DNA of 64,000 nt from Octopus vulgaris (Eukaryota), in assembly GCA_951406725.2 (NCBI GenBank), contig OX597831.1, positions 44,888,001-44,952,000 on the forward strand, given 5' to 3'. How positions within the stretch are numbered: position 1 is the first letter of the stretch; every line of letters starts with the position of its first letter. The notes beneath the pieces were generated by a model, which saw nothing but the letters and a program-made list of their open reading frames with translations, did not search any database and was not told the DNA's origin. Both the position numbers and the translations under genes were made by a program. Shown here in pieces: positions 45,051 to 57,909 of this stretch.

Positions 45051-47857
45051 GTTTAGAATAAATACTTTTATAAAGAACTAACATCGGAATCTTGGGGGTG
45101 GTACTATTTTTCCAACTTGTTTCATATTTATGTTGTAACCCGCCCCTTTTTAAGAAAGTTTGAGCCACTCTCTAGAAGTAAGAAGAAGAAGAAATAGCTG
45201 AAAGAAATGGAACTCTATCCATTGGATTTTTCCTTAAAAAAACATACCTATCCCGGCGCAGAAGCAATGCCTCAAAAATCTTATTGAAAAAATACGGAGG
45301 ATTTTATCCGAAGAATGAGATGGAAAACTTACTTCTTTGACACGAAACAACAAATTAACGGAAACAAATATGGCCTTAAACTTTCTAAACACCCACCCCA
45401 CCCCACCCACCTACCTATTTCGGAATTAGAAGCTTTTGAAAAAGATCTTTTCGAGCTTATTTGAAGAATAAAATTCCGCAAATTCAACAATCCACTCCAG
45501 AGAGAGAGAGAGAAAAAATTAGAAACGTAAAGAACTCGGATAAGATCTTCGTAAACTCCGACAAAACAGAAGACCTAAACGCGGCTGACAAAGATTTTAT
45601 AAGCGTCTACTTTCGAATGGCATTACATACACTTACAAAAAAGATAACATGAATGTATATAAAGAAGTGAATTTGGAAGTAAGAAGAACTGCTAACAATC
45701 TTAAAGTTAGTGATAGGATAGAATATCTCTCCCTACGCCAACCCTTTATTACCCTGATGGACCACAAACAAATTTCAATAGAAACCCTAAATGTAGACTA
45801 ATTAACCCAGCCGAAACTGAAATATGCATTATTTGCAAAAGCATTTTAGATTCTATTTTTAAGCAAGATAAATAGAGAATTAAATTTCCGGATTTGGGGA
45901 AATAGTAAGCCAGTGATAGATTGGTTCAAAGGAATTAGCCATAAGTACAACTGCAAATTTACGCAGTTACGTTATTGTTGACTTATACCCGTCAATATCC
46001 ATGCTTTTACTTCTTAAAGCATTAGTCTTCGCCAAGCAGTATGTAACCATCGATAACTCGGATTTAGATATTATCCTGCATGCAATGAAATCCCTCCTTT
46101 TTCCCGATGATTCCACCTAGGTTAAAAAGGGCGAGGAATCTCTATCCGATGTACCGATGGGGGCATATGGTGGGGCGGAGTTGTGTTTGTTTATAAGAGC
46201 TTATATTTTGCTTTAACTGCATCGAGATTTTCCTTTTATAGATGCAGGATTATACAAGGATGACAGTCTTATAGTTACCTGTAATTTAAACGGCCATGAA
46301 TTAGATAGACTTAGGAAGAATCTGATTACTTTCTTCCAAAAAATGGGCTTATGGATTACGATAGAAAGTAACCTTAATAACGTAGATTGTTTTAGATATC
46401 AACTTAAATTTGCAATTAGATAAATTTAAACCCTACCGTAAGCCCAATGAAAAGCTATTTCATATTAACAAAGAATTAAATCCTCCACCCGTAATTCTTA
46501 AGAACCTAGTTGGCAATATAGGAAGGCACATATCATCCATATCTTCAGACGAGACAGTATTTCAAAATGCCGTGCCGTATTATGACAATGCATTGAGGAA
46601 CAGTGGATTCTCGGAGTAGATCCAATTTATTCAAACTACTTCTAGTAATAATAGACCACGTAGAACTAGAACTAGGAAAGTTTTGTGGTTTAAACCGGCA
46701 TTTAATATTGCCGAAAAAGCAAATATAGGTGAGGAATTCTCAAAACTAGTTTCTAAAAATTTTCAAACTAGCCATAAGTTCTATAGAATTTTTAATAGGA
46801 AAACACTGAAGGTTAGCTATTCTTGTTGTAAAAATTTCGCCTCTTTTATTAATCAGTATAACACAAAAATTAGAAGCAACCACAGTGCCGAATTTAACCA
46901 GAAGAATTGCAAAGTTAAGAGTTGCTGTCCGTTGCAAGGAAAATGTCTTGAAAAAGGAATAGTTTATAGAGGTAAAGTACGAATAGATGGCTCACAAGAA
47001 TATAAAACATACACAGGGGCTTCGGGAAATTCATTCAAGACCAGGTTTTATTTCCACTGAAATTTTTTCCGACACCCCGAGAACAGGACAGCAATAAGTC
47101 TTGCAAAACATGTATGGCTATTGAAGGAAATTGACACCTGTCCTTTCAATATCAGCTGGAGAATTTTGAAAAAAGCAGCACCATATAAACATGGAGCATA
47201 TAGAAGACCAATGAAGTGCAATCTTTGCCTCTCAGAAAAATTCTTCATCCTGTTCCGGGCTAAACATGCATTGAACCACAGATGAGAACTTTTAAATTGC
47301 TGCAGGCACGCTACGAGGTTTAAAATGTGAACCGAAAAAATACTGTATAGGTAAAATTTTTAACTTTCGAAATATTTTTTGGTGGGGGATTTGGCTTTTA
47401 CACCTAAAATATAGACATCTTTTAGTATTACAATGCTGGTAAATATTTCGCCTTCATACTTTACATTCGACTTTTTAAGAAAGCCTTCGACTGTTTCACA
47501 AATATAAATTAAAATTTTGTCGCATTAAATTTTAATTTTAACTCATTTTTACTCATTTTTCATATTTGAATTTTAAATTATTATTTCAAATTTAAATATA
47601 TATTTTATTTTTTATAGATTTATATTACATCTAATTATATTATTTTTTTCCTTCTACTAAAGCAAATTTTTGATTTAAGATTTTCTTCGATTTTTATAAT
47701 GATATGATTTTAAATCGTAATTGTAATTTCATATAGCCGGTTATTGAAAAGACCGTTAGTTAAAGGGACCAATGAAACAAAATCATTTTCAAATATGTAT
47801 CTATCAACGTAATTGTATATATTATGCATATAACCATATTTTGTTCCATTCTCAACC

Positions 47858-47903
47858 AAAACTGTCCGACGAACGGGAACGTGAAACTTTGAGTAACAGT
47901 TTT
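47858..47903 (+). ncRNA. Type I hammerhead ribozyme variant in pLTR
   Basis: Stem I AAAACTGT/ACAGTTTT, core CCGACGA (U4C), stem II ACG-GGAA-CGT, GAAA, stem III CT-TTG-AG, GTA triplet. Confidence 0.65.
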
Positions 47904-47931
47904 TGTGATGTCTTTGCAGCTTTATTAATAA

Positions 47932-48009
<78 letters not shown>

Positions 48010-48318
48010 TGTGCGTGTGTATGTATATATGTATGTATATATGTATGTATTTATGTATGTATGTATATATAAAATATATATAAGCATATATATAAAATAT
48101 ATATATATTAAATATACATGTATATATTAAATATATATGAAATATAAAATTAGTGTACATTTATACACAAAAGAGGTGACCCTAACAGGGCATCTCACAC
48201 CACTAGTGTATATAAACGTACACTAATTTTATATGAAACATGTTGTTTATTGACAATTCTATGCATGCTAACCACTGGTAGAAAAATTTCTCTAAATTTC
48301 CTACCCCATCTCTCTCTA

Positions 48319-48371
<53 letters not shown>

Positions 48372-48411
48372 ATATATATATATATAATATATATATATTT
48401 ATATATACATA

Positions 48412-48477
<66 letters not shown>

Positions 48478-48508
48478 GTATATATATATATGTATATATA
48501 TGTATATA

Positions 48509-48542
<34 letters not shown>

Positions 48543-48578
48543 AACGTATATATATATATGTATATATATATGTATATA

Positions 48579-48627
<49 letters not shown>

Positions 48628-48834
48628 GCACACATATGCAGTTTTACGAATGTCAGTAGACCAATATTAGAGGAGAGACCTTAACTGTGTCTCCTTTACC
48701 CCTACAAACTATTCACGTTCTAAAGGTTCGTCACACTTTAAATCACTTCTCCGTTCATAATGAAGTTACTGATGAGTTCCTCTCTGTATGCGATGAATTC
48801 ATTTCGTACAGGTGGGCTGCGCGTTCAATTCCGA

Positions 48835-49019
48835 TTAATGGTTACATTGTATAATTTTTTCGATCAGAGCGCTTGACGGAAAATCGATAGCAATAAAACC
48901 AAACCGTTTCTTGGGTTTATTTTCTCTTAAGTATTCCTCGAGTCGCCAGTTGATACGATCAGCTACGGCATTAGGATAAGCTCCAGAGCTGGCTCCGCTG
49001 GTAAAGGTTACATAAATAA
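48835..49019 (-). CDS. Bacterial-type PI-specific phospholipase C, last coding exon
   Basis: Polypyrimidine tract plus TTTGCAG acceptor at 49020-49021, phase 1. Encodes (V)IYVTFTSGASSGAYPNAVADRINWRLEEYLRENKPKKRFGFIAIDFPSSALIEKIIQCNH*, the expected PI-PLC C-terminal barrel strands. Not in the ORF track. Confidence 0.9.
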
Positions 49020-49693
49020 CTGCAAACAGGAAAAAAAATACAAGCAGTTATAAATACATCGATATTGTTCATATTTATTGTCGTTGTCGTCGTAAAATAA
49101 TTTAATATGCACAATGCAGTGAGAATGAATTTTGAGTAACCGTTAGCTTAGTGTAATTTTATTTTATTTTAAGGTATGGATGACTTAAATTTACCTTAAA
49201 CCTCCCCGTTCTTCTAAACACCTACAAAATATCTAACTCGCTTTGTAATTATGAGTGCGCCTAACCCAACGTGTGCGTATGCTCACATTTTTGCTAACGC
49301 TTCTATGAGCGTGTGCACTCGTGCCATGCTGCTTGCCCGAAGGCGTTTATACATCCATATAGGTTAACGGTTATTTTCAATACTATTCTCGCTGGATTAA
49401 GTGTTCGCTTCTCTTTTTGTCTTCTGAAATTTTATGTTTGGATCTTCTATATATATGAAGAATTTTCCTCCGTCTGGCTGTTTTTCTCTCTGCAAAACGA
49501 AGAGTTACATTATGGAACAGTCATTTTAACGAGATTTTTTTTTTATTTATCACCCGACGTGACACGTCCGCACCGCCGGATGCTCCTGTACCAGTTTTTT
49601 GTGTGTCCCACAAGAGGAGTCGAAGCTGGATGTGTCGAAACAATTGTGATTAATAATATATTCTCGTATATTCAATCTTCTGTGTTTTATTTG

Positions 49694-49876
<183 letters not shown>

Positions 49877-49877
49877 A

Positions 49878-50177
49878 GTGGAGGCACAATGGCCCAGTGT
49901 TAGGGCAGCGGACTCGCGGTCGTAGGATATCGGTTTCGATTCCCAGATTGGGCGTTGTGAGTGTATATTGAGCGGAAATGCCTAAAAGCTCCACGAGACT
50001 CCGGCAGGGGGGGGGTTGATCGCTGCTGTACTCTTTCACCACTCTTTCTCCCACTCTTTCTTCTGTTGGCCTGCTCGCTTAGCCAGCGGGGTGGCGTCAT
50101 TCGAAGGCTAAAACAATGCGAACGCATTGTGACCAGCGATGTGTAACAACGTCTGATGGTCTGGTCGGTCACGTGAT

Positions 50178-50185
<8 letters not shown>
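49878..50185 (+). mobile_element. tRNA(Arg)-like SINE with a third tail type, intronic
   Basis: Head shared with 1421-1806 and 13992-14330. Inserted in (TA)n. Confidence 0.8.
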
Positions 50186-50217
<32 letters not shown>

Positions 50218-50529
50218 TAAACGAAAGACGGAAGATGGAATATACGAGAATTTTTATTGCTAATCACAATTGTTTCGATCCCTCACGGGTGGGATATTTA
50301 ATATCTGTTTCAGGAGCATCCGGCAGTGCAGGTGTATCTCAACGGGTGATAAATAGATACTCGTTAAAATAACAATTCTGCAAATATCTTCTCATTTAGT
50401 AGGAAGAAAAGCAGCAGAACGAAGGAAATATCTCCATTTATACAGAAGATCAAATATAAAAGTATCGAAAATAACCGTTAACAGACATGGATGTATAAAC
50501 GACCTCGCGCAAGTTGTATGGCGCGTGCC

Positions 50530-51190
50530 GACATCGGACATGTCCCTAATCTCTCAGAGAAGACTAAAAATCTATATAGGATAGACACTCACACTTATGA
50601 CAGGCTGTTAGGAAACAATATTTCACAGAACTATAGGCACACTTCCCCACATACATACAACGTCAACAGTGAAGTCACACAACTAGCTGACGATTTAAAT
50701 CCGAGCAAACACATACTGAGGAACATCAACAACATAAGGAGAACCACCAATGTCTCCCTATGGCGTAGTACCAATGAGGTGGTTGCAGGGTTTAATACCA
50801 ACAAGGGGAGAGGCAGAACGAGGTTCACTAAGTTCTACAAAGTTGATTTTTATCCGTCTATATTTGAAGGGTTACTGATCAAAGACCATTCCTTCGCTAG
50901 GGGCTTCACTGACATTAGCGACAGGGATACAGTTGTCATTATGCATGTCAGAAAAACAGCGCTGTTCAATAAAGGTTCGGCCTGGGTCAAGCAATCCGAC
51001 CCCGTGAGCTCTTTTGACGTAGCGATGGGGCTTATGACAGCGCTGATGTATGCAACCTCATCGATTTGGATATCCTCGTTGCCCTTAAGAAGTTCCCCTC
51101 TGTTCTCTTTGGTCTCTACAAGGATGACGCCCTAGCCATCTCTAGAGGAACCAACGGGTACATCCTAGATAGGCTTAGGAAAGAGTGGGG
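50530..51190 (+). mobile_element. Degraded Penelope (Hydra-type) RT fragment within the PI-PLC intron
   Basis: EKTKNLY, SLWRSTNEV, DFYPSI, SFDVAMG and LYKDDAL. Related pLTR pieces in opposite orientations lie at 49540-49695 and 50216-50330. Confidence 0.75.
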
Positions 51191-51390
51191 CTACATTTCA
51201 TACCGGGTCTATTAACAGCTTTGTTAGGGGCCTGAAATAGGGCACAGTACGATAGGTACTACACCAATTGTAACTACTGTTGCTGAATTGTAGATACCTG
51301 GAAATATGCACTTTAGAGTACAATGGGTATGATACCATGCAGTAGGTACTCTGTAGTAGTTAGTAAAGGCATTAGTAAAATCCAACTTAC

Positions 51391-52033
51391 CGGAACTTCC
51401 CTCGTCCTTGCCGGAAGTGTCAAGCTGACGTTTGACATGCTGCCATTTCTCTCCTATATGTGAGCCCAGAATTGTAGGCACATGCCAGTGATCCTCAATT
51501 GAGAACAAACCACCTCTGTAATTCAGTCCATACGCGGATCCCGGGAAATTTTGCAAGATAACAATTTTGCCACGGATATCTCCAAGAATGGGAATAGAAG
51601 AGAAGGAACTCGAAATTCGACCATCCTCGATATATTTTTGAATAGAGACTTTGAGCGTTTCTTCATAGGAACGGCTATTTTCAACCGTTTGATATTCCTC
51701 TTTAATACGCATAAAGATCGTCTCTGTGGGGTAGTCTGTTAAAAAGCGAAGGGTGTCTCTCAGAACATTGTCAATATCAGCAAATTGGTATTTGACTCCG
51801 TGATGTATATGTAGCCCATTACGAAAATGCCGACAACGAATATCTAAGAAACGTATGCCTCCCAATAGCTGTGGATATAACTCCCAGCATTGACACGCTA
51901 TGAGGTTTCCGCCGTAAAAAGCCATTGTGTTGTGTGTGCCTGGCACGGTTAAGTGTGCTACAGACGTTTGATCTGAGAGTTTCGACATCCAGTTGGGGAA
52001 ATTGGTTTCGGGTTCACTGAAACCGGAGCCCAT
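51391..52033 (-). CDS. Bacterial-type (Bacillus-like, Ca2+-independent) PI-specific phospholipase C, main coding exon
   Basis: NWMS.L.D....LTVPGTHN, QLLGGIRFLDIRCR, HHG, PTETIFMRIKEE and LGDIRGKIVIL. GTAAGT donor at 51390-51385. First ATG at 52033 (the ORF track begins at a TTG). An upstream coding exon cannot be excluded. Confidence 0.9.
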
Positions 52034-52597
52034 GATGGGAACGTGATGCTCCTTTCCCTGTAGTCTCCCTAGTCTATAACCAACCGGAAACCGGAGGCAA
52101 TTGATATATATATGAAGATGATGTTTCGACACAAGGGTACAAAGTGAGTGCCACAACTACACTGCTGAACTGCAATGGATGCACTCATTAACAGCGATAA
52201 AACGTTCTTTTTATTTCTTTTTCTTTATATTATTTTCCCCTCCAATTGATTTTCAACTTGTGACTATTAAAACACAAACGTGCGATGTGAACCGCTTGTC
52301 ATCCCTTGGAATAGTGACGGTGTTAAGGTTTTGCTCATTTAGATAAGAGTCTGTGCGTTCTATTGGAATTTTCTAATATATCGTTGCTATGAATCACAGC
52401 CTCATTAGGAATCCACTTGTCCGCTTTTAACATTGAACAGAACAGAATGAAGCCAAAACATCAGAACCTGGTTTCGACGTCAGTTCGCCTGTCTCGCATG
52501 TCTTCCCTGTAACCAAAATAAAAAAAGAATATATCATCCTCGTACATCGTAGCTTTGACAGATTTGACAGGAGAGTCAAGGAAAACACGCGCGCGCA

Positions 52598-52640
<43 letters not shown>

Positions 52641-52705
52641 ACACATACACAAACACACACACGCGCGCGCGCTTATGTATGCATGCAAGCATGTATATGT
52701 ATGAA

Positions 52706-53115
52706 GGCGGCGAGCTGGCAGAAACGTTAGCGTGCCGGGCGAAATGCTTAGTGGTATTTCGTCTGCCGCTACGTTCTGAGTTCAAATTCCGCCGAGGTCG
52801 ACTTGGCCTTTCATCCTTTCGGGGTCGATTAAATAAGTACCAGTTACGCGCTGAGGTCGATGTAATCTACTTAAACCGTTTGTCTGTCCTTGTTTATCCT
52901 CTCTATGTGTAGCCCCTTGTGGATAGTAAAGAAATAGGTATTTCGTCTGCCGCTACGTTCTGAGTTCAAATTCCGCCGAGGTCGACTTGGCCTTTCATCC
53001 TTTCGGGGTCGATTAAATAAGTACCAGTTACGCACTGGAGGTCTATGTAATCGACTTAATCCGTTTGTCTGTCCTTGTTTGTCCCCTATGTGTTTAGCCC
53101 CTTATGGGTAGTAAA
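52706..53115 (+). mobile_element. Nin-domain SINE with duplicated 3' portion
   Basis: 52733-52935 is repeated at 52937-53115. Confidence 0.85.
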
Positions 53116-53149
53116 AAAATGGGTAAGCATGTATATGAATATATGCATG

Positions 53150-54137
53150 TGTTACGAAGGTGGGGACCTCCGATTCGAACTGTTACGGAATCCCTCACAC
53201 ACAGGCCCGTTCGATGCAGCGAATAAGCTACGGAAACTCGGAGAGGAGAGGAGAAATACAACAACAACAACAGCAGAAGCACAGAGAGATACAGAGGCAA
53301 CCGAGAGACACAACGAGGCAAGGCACAACTGGCTTACATTTAACACTAGTTTATGACAATCAATTGTTACACATCAAATACATTTCAGATACATTTAAAA
53401 GAGGACATGCACGTGACAACTCAATGCATCATACGGGTATACCACAGATCAAAGCATTTAAACATGCAAGTAACAATATAACAGTCCGGAGACAACAGTT
53501 CTATTTCAAAACACATCAACAAGTCATATACAGTTCGAAGGACATTAAAGGCCTAACAGTTCAATGTTCATTATACAATGTTCGTAACACAACAATTCAC
53601 GTTACAGTTCAAAGTCTTTAACGACTACATCAGAGTCCTTCTTTTTCTCTCTCTTTCTTCTTTCTCTTTTTTTCTTTTACAGTCTCTTTACATCGTAACA
53701 CGTATCAATACAATTAAATACCTTAATTCCTAATTAGAATAGCCAGTGTCCCATATTGTAGTTCCTCTCTCCCAGTGCTGCTAGCTCCAACTTGCCAAAC
53801 TCTTGCCCCGAATTCCCAACTGCTCGCTTTGACGACCGAATACCAACTATCCCTCTATCTCACTACCCTCAATCTGTCTCTTCCCACTAATATCCTCTCT
53901 ATCTGCTCTCAGCCCTACTGCCCATCTCTATCGGCGCTGCTGCTATCATTCTCTCATGACAGCTCTCAGATCGCTTACTCTATCTTTCTCACTGCCACTA
54001 GATTCCTCCTTGGCCCTCACATCTCCAAAAGCCATTACTCTTCCAGTAAACAAAGGGCTATCGCTTTTTACTCCAGACCTGCAGGCGCCACTCCCACAAA
54101 GTGGGTCAAGAAATACTGCACTAGCCGAACCATAACA
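53150..54137. mobile_element. Solo LTR (988 bp)
   Basis: Termini TGTTA...TAACA. 4-bp TSD CATG at 53146-53149 and 54138-54141. Confidence 0.7.
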
Positions 54138-54349
54138 CATGCATTTATTGATATACGTACGTATTTAAATATGAATTAGAAGTAGCTCGAAGGATAGAAA
54201 CTATATCGACCACACAAACACAGTTGCTAGTTCGCCGGAAGGATGCTCTTATAGACGTAAAAGAATCTATTCTCATCAATTCTTCTGGTGATGAGTATAT
54301 AAGTATATCAATATATATCTATATGTATCTAGGTGGGGGGGGGGTAAAG

Positions 54350-54830
54350 TGTAAGCACCATTGTTTCCGTTTTTTTTCTTTCTTTTTTCTTTTTCAAAAA
54401 TGTCTTCGAATGGCTATGCTTTCGTTCGTGAAGATTACGATTTTGCAAAAACAGCAGGTTCTTAAAATTGTAATATCCCCACTCCTCACACCAATTTTAA
54501 AAATTTGTCACTTATTCGAAATGGTTTTTTAATCCATGCAGATAAATACGGAGATTACGAACCTGGAAAAAAAGTTTTTGAATTTGAATTTGAATTTTTA
54601 TTTGGAAACACCTTATACTCACTTCCCAACTTTCCGCTTTCAAGAAGCTAAAAATTCCGTATGCTTTACGTCTGAAACAGCAGACGAAAATATATTAAGC
54701 AATCAGAAAACTCGATAAGCTAGAAACAATGGCTAAATGTCTAGAAGATATTTTTTCCTCTCATTTAACGACCTTTATTTAAAAAAAAAACACGATAAAC
54801 GACGTAATCACCCGCATTTTTTCAGTTATT
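54350..54830 (+). repeat. Old DNA-transposon-like repeat, inverted homolog of 61620-62050
   Basis: Shared blocks ACGACGTAATCACCCGC, CTCATTTAACGA, GCTAAATGTCT, GAGATTACGA and TTGCAAAAA in reverse complement. Confidence 0.6.
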
Positions 54831-54837
54831 TTATATA

Positions 54838-55940
54838 TTGGGTCATCCTATAAATAATGCGGTTTTTTTCAATTGCATGAATTAAAAATCGGAGGGGGCA
54901 GGATAATCTACTTGCATCAACTTGCTATAAAAGCAGGCAGTATTTTTATCGTGTCCCTTATTCTTAGTGCAAGTTTTGAAGAGTTTGATTTTAACAGTTA
55001 TTTTTTCAAAGTTATAATGGAAGTGACAAAAGAGCATATTTGGCATATTTTGCTTTATGAGTTCAATAAAGGCAACAATGCAACGGAAAGTGCGAGGAAT
55101 ATTAAAGCATTATATGGGGATCGGACAATAAGCGTAAGCTAGTGTCAAATGCAATTCCAGAAATTCCGAACAGGAAACTACATCCTAGAAGACGAGCCTC
55201 ATCCTGGAAGATTTGTAGAGCTTGACGAGGACTCCTGCAAACCCTGGTGGAACAAAATCCCATCGTAACTGTTGAAGAACTAGCAGAGAAGCTTGGATTT
55301 GGATTCAACCATTCATCGACACCTGTGTGCCATCGGAAAAGCCAGCAAATTGGATCAATGGGTTCCTCATAAACTTTCTTAGTCTAATCGCGCGCAATGA
55401 GTGAATGTGTGCTCTTCTTTGTTGTTACGTCTCACGAATGAACCATTTTTGGACCGAATAGTGACTGGTGACGAGAGATGGGTTCTCTATGAAAATGTCA
55501 ATCGCCGAAAACAATGGGTAGGGAAAGAAGAAACACAGGCACCCCAAGCTAAAGGAGGTCTTCACCCAGGTAAGGTGCTGCTTTCTGTTTGGTGGGATAT
55601 GAAAGATTTAGTCCACTTTGAACTTTAAACCCAAACCAAACGATAACAAAAGAGATCTACTGCGAGCAGCTTGAGCAGCTTAAGCCAGTGCAAGAAGAAA
55701 AATGACCATCTTTGGTTTCAAGACGAAAGGTGTTCTTCCATCAGGATAATACTCTGCCACATACAGTGAAAATGACATTCCAAAGGCTAGAGCAATTTGA
55801 ATAGGAAATGATGCCCCACCCACCATATTCGCTGGACATTGCCCCATCTGATTATTATTTATTCCGAAATCTTCAAAATAATTTGGATGGAAAAAATATG
55901 AATTCTGTAGACGAAGTCAGAACAGTATTGGAGGAGTATT
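54838..55940 (+). mobile_element. Mariner transposon, degraded, 3'-truncated
   Basis: TA plus left TIR TTGGGTCATCC. ATG at 55018 (MEVTKEHIWHILLYEF), WVPH, IVTGDERW, KVLLSVWWD, HQDN and HPPYSLDIAPSDYYLF, with stops. Confidence 0.9.
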
Positions 55941-55995
55941 TCGTATTTTACAAGATTATTAATTTATCTAATTAATTATTTTATTGTTTTTTCTT

Positions 55996-56090
55996 TAACC
56001 TGAAGAGTGGCTATATTTATATTGAAATGATTTTACTATTATTACTACTATTATCATTTCTTAAATATAGCCACGAAACTCGTGTCGTTA
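55996..56090 (+). ncRNA. Type I minimal hammerhead ribozyme
   Basis: Stem I TAAC/GTTA, CTGAAGA, 13-bp stem II, GAAA, CTCGTG, GTC. Predicted cleavage after 56086. Confidence 0.8.
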
Positions 56091-56266
56091 TTCTACCAAA
56101 TATATACGTTTTATTTACTTTTTTTGCACATTACTTAATTTTTACTATATGTTTTATCTTATATTTAATCTTTCTATAATATGTAATTTTTCTAAATGGT
56201 ATAAATTAATTTTTCCTTATTGAATTGATAAAATGTTGTTTTTTTTCTAATTTATATATATATATA

Positions 56267-57744
56267 GACCTATCTCTCTGACCTCACACATCAGCAAGGT
56301 CATGGAACGAATAGTCAGAAGGAAGCTGATCACCTTCCTTGAAGAGAATGACCTGCTGCCCGACACCCAACATGGTTTCCGACCAGGGAGAAGCTGTTTA
56401 ACTCAGCTCCTACAACACTATGACTGGGTGCTGAAACGGCTACTCAACCACTCAAATGTGGAAGTGATATATCTCGACTTTGCAAAGGCCTTTGATAAAG
56501 TCGATCATGGAATGATATGTCACAAACTGCGTGATCTCAACATAGTTGGAAAACTGGGAGAATGGCTTCATGACTTTCTGAAGGATAGAAGTCAGGTGGT
56601 AGTAGCCAATGGGGCCACCTCCATTAACACACAAATAGTGAGCGGTGTTCCGCAGGGCACTGTTCTGGGACCACTACTGTTCATAATGGCCCTCTCAGAC
56701 ATGCCCTCAGTCACGCAGAGAGCCACGATCACAAGTTATGCAGATGATACAAAAGTCTCACAGGCAATACAGAACCCTGAGGACACTAAACACCTGCAAT
56801 GTGAGCTGGACGAAATATACAAGTGGGCTGAAAAGAATAGCATGCAGTTCAATGCTGGAAAGTTTCAAGCTTTATACTATCAGCATGCAAAACTGAATGC
56901 AATACCCAATGAATACACTGGACCCGGAGGGATTGCAATCCCAGAGGCACAATCAGTGCGTGACCTTGGTATTCACATGAGTGATGACGCGACCTTTCAT
57001 GTACATGTTGCTAAACTGACAATGAAATGTAGACGGCTGGCTGGCTGGATTCTTAGAACCTTTAGAACAAGAGAACAAGAAACCATGATGGTCCTCTGGA
57101 AGACACTTGTCCTAAGCCACTTTGACTATTGCTCTCAGCTATGGTCACCATCCAGTGTCAAGTTGATCACAGAACTTGAGGCGATCCAACGAAGCTACAC
57201 AAAGAAGATAGCCTCTATGCAGAATGTAAGCTACTGGGAAAGACTCAAGAGATTAAAATTATATTCCCTGGAGCGTAGGCGGGAAAGATATGCCATAATA
57301 TACATCTGGAAGATCCTGGAGGGAAGTGTCCTGAACTTTGGCATCGAGAGTTACGCAAATGCCAGAACTGGGCGCCACTGCGTGGTGCCTAGGACTCCAA
57401 ACCTGCCATCAAGATGTAGGACAAGATTCTGTGATAGCCTGGGCTTCCGAGGCCCACAGCTCTTCAATATCCTCCCGAAGAACCTGAGAGACCTGCATGG
57501 GGTGGATACAAATGTCTTTAAAATGAAGCTGGATCTCTTCCTGTCAGGTGTCCCAGATGAACCAACTTCACGGCAGGAGGGGCAGATGAGGGCAGCTGCA
57601 TCGAACTCTCTCATGCACCAAATAGCAGTTGCTAGAAAGCCTCCATGAAGTGAAACCAAGTAGCAACACCAAATGGCGGTGCCCCAGCATGGCCACAGCT
57701 CATAAGCTGAAACTAGAATCAATCAATCAATCAATCAATCAATC
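56267..57744 (+). mobile_element. 5'-truncated CR1-group LINE with uninterrupted RT ORF
   Basis: ORF 56302-57648 has QHGFRPGRSCLTQL, YLDFAKAFDKV, GVPQGTVLGP, YADD and SLERRRER. Short 3' UTR and (AATC)n tail; inserted in (TA)n. Confidence 0.95.
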
Positions 57745-57834
57745 ATATATTATATTTTGTGAAATTTGATTTAGTATTTCTAAATTGAATTTTTCCCTGT
57801 AAGTTTGGAATAATATTCCCTCATATTATTATTA

Positions 57835-57886
<52 letters not shown>

Positions 57887-57909
57887 CATCATTATTATAT
57901 ATATATATA

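Larger units (their letters stand above)
44565..47935 (+). mobile_element. Near full-length degraded Penelope-like element (Hydra-type)
   Basis: Disrupted ORF 45207-47330: MRWK, PKCRLINPA, DVPMGAYGGAELC, YKDD, WFKP, IFNRKTLKVSYSC, CPLQGKCL, YTG....FKTRF, CNLCLSEK, CRH. A 40-bp inverted repeat lies at 44565-44604 and 47705-47744. Confidence 0.9.
55950..57823 (+). mobile_element. Penelope pLTR (family of 5692-6440) split by a CR1 insertion
   Basis: 55950-56266 matches 6120-6440. It resumes at 57745-57823 after the LINE. Confidence 0.7.

Noticed and set aside
48143-48233. Short inverted repeat TATAAAATTAGTGTAC/GTACACTAATTTTATA
   Set aside because: Real but small and AT-rich. No ribozyme core or TSD, so it cannot be assigned.
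51224-52156. 310-aa single-exon (intronless, bacterial contamination-like) PI-PLC ORF
   Set aside because: It begins at a TTG, and its last 55 codons read through a GTAAGT donor. The true C-terminus is in the exon at 48835-49019, so the gene is spliced and eukaryotic.
56302-57648. 448-aa ORF as a host gene
   Set aside because: It is the RT of a 5'-truncated CR1 LINE with an (AATC)n tail.
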